Assembly (NCBI GenBank): GCA_012862495.1
Contig: BLSG01000198.1
Location: 64,073-128,072 of the forward strand
Reading direction: 5' to 3'
Length of the DNA: 64,000 nt
Source: Thraustochytrium aureum
Lineage: Eukaryota
This document shows, one piece after another, positions 60,408 to 64,000 of the stretch (position 1 is its first letter; the number at the start of each line of letters is the position of its first letter). A model generated the notes under the pieces. It was not told where the DNA came from, made no database searches, and saw only the letters and a program-made list of their open reading frames with translations. The position numbers and the translations under genes were made by a program.

Positions 60408-61378
60408 CTACTCTGCTATCTTTTCCAGGCTGTCAAGCCTCTCGAGTGCGCCGACCAAGGTCGCCTCGAGCTGATTGCCCGAGAGAGTAAAGCGGCGCAG
60501 TGCAGAGCTCTTGCTGGTCAAATTGGCCGGCAAGGAGGCAAGGCGGTTGTTGGCGAGGAGGAGGTGCCGGAGCTTGGGCAGATCCGCGACGCGCTTCGCG
60601 ACACCAACCAGGTGGTTGTTCTCTGCGTTGATAACCTCTAGCTTCTCGCAGCGGCCCAAGCACGCGTGGAGCTTTTCCAGTTGGTTGTCTTGGAGGTAGA
60701 TTCGTTTCAGCGCTGTCATCCCTCCCATCGACTTTGGCAGCTTGGCCAGCTGATTGCCTTCCAGATGCAGCACCTCGAGGTTGACGAGGTCCCCAATAGA
60801 TTTTGGCAAGCTCCGCAATTGGTTGCCGCCGAGGCCTAGCTCACGCAGCTTGGTGAGCGCCCCGAGCTGCTCCGGCAGCTCCCCGATCAGGTTGGCGTCC
60901 AGGTATAGTTCTTCGAGTTCCACAAGAGAGAGAAACGCCATCGGTACGGCAGCGAGCATGTTGCGATGCAAGGGAAGGCCTTTGAGGTTTTTGAGGCGCG
61001 CGAAAGAGGCGGGGAAGCTCGACTCCGTGAGGACGTTGTCTTCCAAGTAAATCGAATCGAGGTTTTCCAGGTCGCCGAGGGCCTCTGGTAGGCATGACAG
61101 CCTGTTACGCCGGAGATAGAGCTCAGTCAGAGCTGAGAGCTGTCCAATTTCCTCCGGGAGCGCCTGAAGAGCGTTGTCTTCCAGGTAGAGGCCCTCAAGC
61201 TCTTCGACAGGAAGACGGCCGCCGGAACATGGTCCAGGGCTTTATCAGAGAGGTCAAGCTCCGTCACCTCCTCCTCATCCTCGTCCACATCTAGGTCGAG
61301 CTCCTCGATGAGGGCGGCGAGCTCCTCGGCGCGCCCCTGCCGTTTGCCTTCGCTCGGCACCTTTGCCTCTGTCGGCAT
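60408..61378 (-). CDS. Leucine-rich repeat protein; indels near 61050-61200
   Basis: Repeated LxxLxLxxNxLxxLP units (LEELYLDANLIGELP, LRELGLGGNQLRSLP, LEVLHLEGNQLAKLP). Confidence 0.88.
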
Positions 61379-62837
61379 TGCGCTGACTGCGTTCAGCGTT
61401 ACCGCTCACCAGGCGGCACTTCCGGCGCGCCGATGACGCTTGCTCCAGCGCGTAGCGCCGTGTCGCCAGCTCGTGGCCTGTCGGTCTGGGCTCGCCTTGT
61501 CGACTTCGAGACCGTGCAACGCGCAAAGGTGTTGCTAAACTGCAACGGGCAACACGCCCACGGCCCATTGCGAGGACTCGCGACAAACATTTTGCCCTCG
61601 ACACCTGCGCCAGATGATCAGCAAGCGCGAGCGGGGTTGGATGGAACGGATGCGCTTGGATGGAGCGTGGCGCGCAAGCGATGAGGGATGTCGGGCTGGC
61701 CCTGCAGTCGAGCGGCAGCGAGTCGTCCAAGCTACTGCATCGCAAACAGGGCAAAAAGCCAAGCTGGCGTTGATGGGCAAAGTGCTACGAAATGACAGAG
61801 CGGCGCCAGACAATCGCGCGCACATTCCTCGCCAGCAGAGCCTGCCCTGACCGAGGATATCGGGCGTTTGAATCCAACGAACGAGCACCTGCGGCCAATC
61901 TGATCTGCACGCTCCGCGCCAGAACAAAGTTCAGAATTCAGATGATGGGCTGCGAGCGCATGTTCGCGCCAAAGCAGCAGCGCCGCCAACGCGCGCGCGT
62001 TCGCCCTCCACGAGCGCGCTCCCCAGTTGCACCTGCGCAGCGAGCCCAGCCGCAGCCCGGCGCAAGCCATCTCGTCGACATTTGGCGTCGCGTTGGACGC
62101 GGAGCTGCAGAGCTTTTCTACAAGAGCGGGTTCCACATTTCCACAGTGGAAAAGTCAAGAGTTGATAGAGCCGTTGGCGGATTGGAATCGGTTTGCTCGA
62201 GGACGTGCAGGCCATTGCCGCAAAGCCGAGAGCGCTGAGCGTGCGGGGCTCTCAGGATGGCAGCAGGCTTGGCGCCTTCTACGGGTTTGCCGCCTTCTCC
62301 ATCGACTGGCTTGCCGAGAAACGGCGCGAGGCGCAAGCGCTCGCGAGCGTCAATTTCAACGCGGGCGGTGGATGATGCCGCGAAAATGGCGCCGTCGGCC
62401 GCGGGGCCTGGCACTCGTGTCGACCTCGCGGGGCAGGAGGGCGGTGCACGCTCCGCTCAGGGAAGAGCACGGCGACGGCGAAGTGATACATCCGCGGACA
62501 GTGCTGCTGCCGAGTGGCGCAGTCGATAAGCGGTCGCTTGCGCACGTGCGCTGGGCAGAAGCAGAGCAGCAGTCGCCGTACAAGCGCGAGACGCGGCCGA
62601 AACTGCTCCAAGATTTGTCCAGAGCGAGGGAGGCGCGAGCGAAGCGCAGCCAGGCCCCGCACGTTCGCGCGCAGCGGCGCTTGCAGCACGTCGTGAAGGA
62701 GATGCTCGCCGTTGCGCCTGGTCCAGCACAAAGCGACAGCGGCGTCCCTGCGGCTCCTCGACCCGAGCCTCTTGTCCGTCCACGCATCCTTGCGCCCCAG
62801 CTTCGGCCCAAGTTTGCTCAGACGTTCAACGAGCCCA

Positions 62838-64000
62838 TGTTCGACCTTATCGAGGAGTGGAAGGAGGAGGCCGAGTTGATTCAGCGCGAGGCGAGGGAGC
62901 GAGCCTCGGAGTCAGCCCAAGCTAAAGTCCCTGGGGCCGTCACTGCCTCATCGACAGAGATCCCGACTCTTCGAGAGGCGATCGCTCGCTCTGGCAACGC
63001 ACCGGCGTTTTATGGTGTTCAAAGGCACCCGGCGCCAGGACGACTTCCTTCTCGCTTCGAGAGTGCTGCCCGCGGCGAGGGCGCTTCGTTCGCCAAAGAG
63101 CCCGCCACGGACTGGCGCTCCACGCCTGACAGTGCGGTTTTACGTCGGGCGTACTCTTACATGCTCGGCAACATTGCGCTCGACCAGGGCGACGAGGCAA
63201 GCGGGGTCGCCGAGTCCAAGGAGATGCGCGCCAACCTGGACGATCTGATCAAGAGGAACGAGAACAACGGCTTTTGGCAAGATGAAGTCACATCGCAGAT
63301 AGCCGCTCCTCTCAACGCAACAGCGTACTGCCGTGACCGCGACGCGCAGCTCTTCTCAAGCGACAGCGCGCCAGGCCTCGACTTGGACGCTATTCTTCCG
63401 ATGCAGTACATCGAAGAGCTCAAGGTCCAGTACGACCGCGTAGACTGCCGTGAGCTAGAGCTGGGAGCTCGGGCCTCGGCTCGCCCCCTACCTCGTCGCG
63501 TGGAAGACGTGCGCGTGCCGTTTGAGCCGCCGCCGCGAGAGCGCTGGGAGTTTTGCTTCGCAGACGAGGCGCACCAAGCCGCGACACGAATCATACGCGT
63601 GTACCGCGCGCGCCTTGCAAAGCGGGCCGCAGCCTGCTCGCTAATCCAAAAGCGCGTGCGAGGATTCGTACTGCGAGCTGCGGTAGCCACGATGCGATCC
63701 GAGCGCGTCGCTGCCGCTGTGCGCATCCAGGCTGCGGCACGAGGTCGCTTTGGCCGCCGCGTTCTCGCCCTTCTCAAGATGGCGCGGAGTTTTGGCGCAA
63801 GCATCGACGATCTCGCAAGCTGGGAGCTCGTTCGCATTCCTGGCAACCTGAAGATTGCTGTTGCTCAGCGCCATCACGACGACGCGCTGCGCCGCCGCCA
63901 GGAGCGCCTCTACAACATGGCCCGACGTATCCAAGCGCGGTTTCGAGGCCAGCGCGGCCGCGAACGTGCTGCGGCTCGCCGTGTCGAGCTGCTGTGGCAG
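62838..64000 (+). CDS. IQ-motif (calmodulin-binding) protein, partial; start uncertain, continues past the window
   Basis: IQKRVRGFVLR, IQAAARGRFGR and IQARFRGQRGR lie in a frame that is open to the window end. Confidence 0.7.

Noticed and set aside
1..64000. tRNA, rRNA, transposon or viral genes
   Set aside because: None recognised by eye; sequence inside the gaps cannot be assessed.

Overview
A GC-rich, gene-dense, intron-poor eukaryotic nuclear scaffold with many N-gaps and frequent single-base indels that split otherwise conserved genes. A trifunctional crtIBY carotenoid fusion gene, short GT-AG introns and the gene content point to a thraustochytrid (Labyrinthulomycete); this taxonomic call is an inference. 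Recognisable genes are an amino-acid permease, a GBF1-type ARF-GEF, a nucleotide-sugar transporter, two GSTs, MCM4, methylmalonyl-CoA mutase, TRAPPC1, a CNNM protein, ACAD10/11, CLN5, HAS1/DDX18, and PH, LRR and IQ proteins. The most unusual observations are: (1) crtIBY carrying an extra multi-TM tail that resembles a degenerate Blh beta-carotene dioxygenase; (2) a spliced TMEM249/CatSper-theta homolog; (3) a 62-bp-period array of conserved blocks and variable spacers between divergent genes; (4) a trypsin-fold protease with Cys in place of the catalytic Ser; (5) a K+ channel fused to a large ectodomain with TSP3-like Ca2+ repeats; (6) a secreted FG-GAP propeller plus VWA-like protein; (7) a bacterial-type GST that has gained introns. 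All family assignments come from motif recognition by eye; no searches were run.
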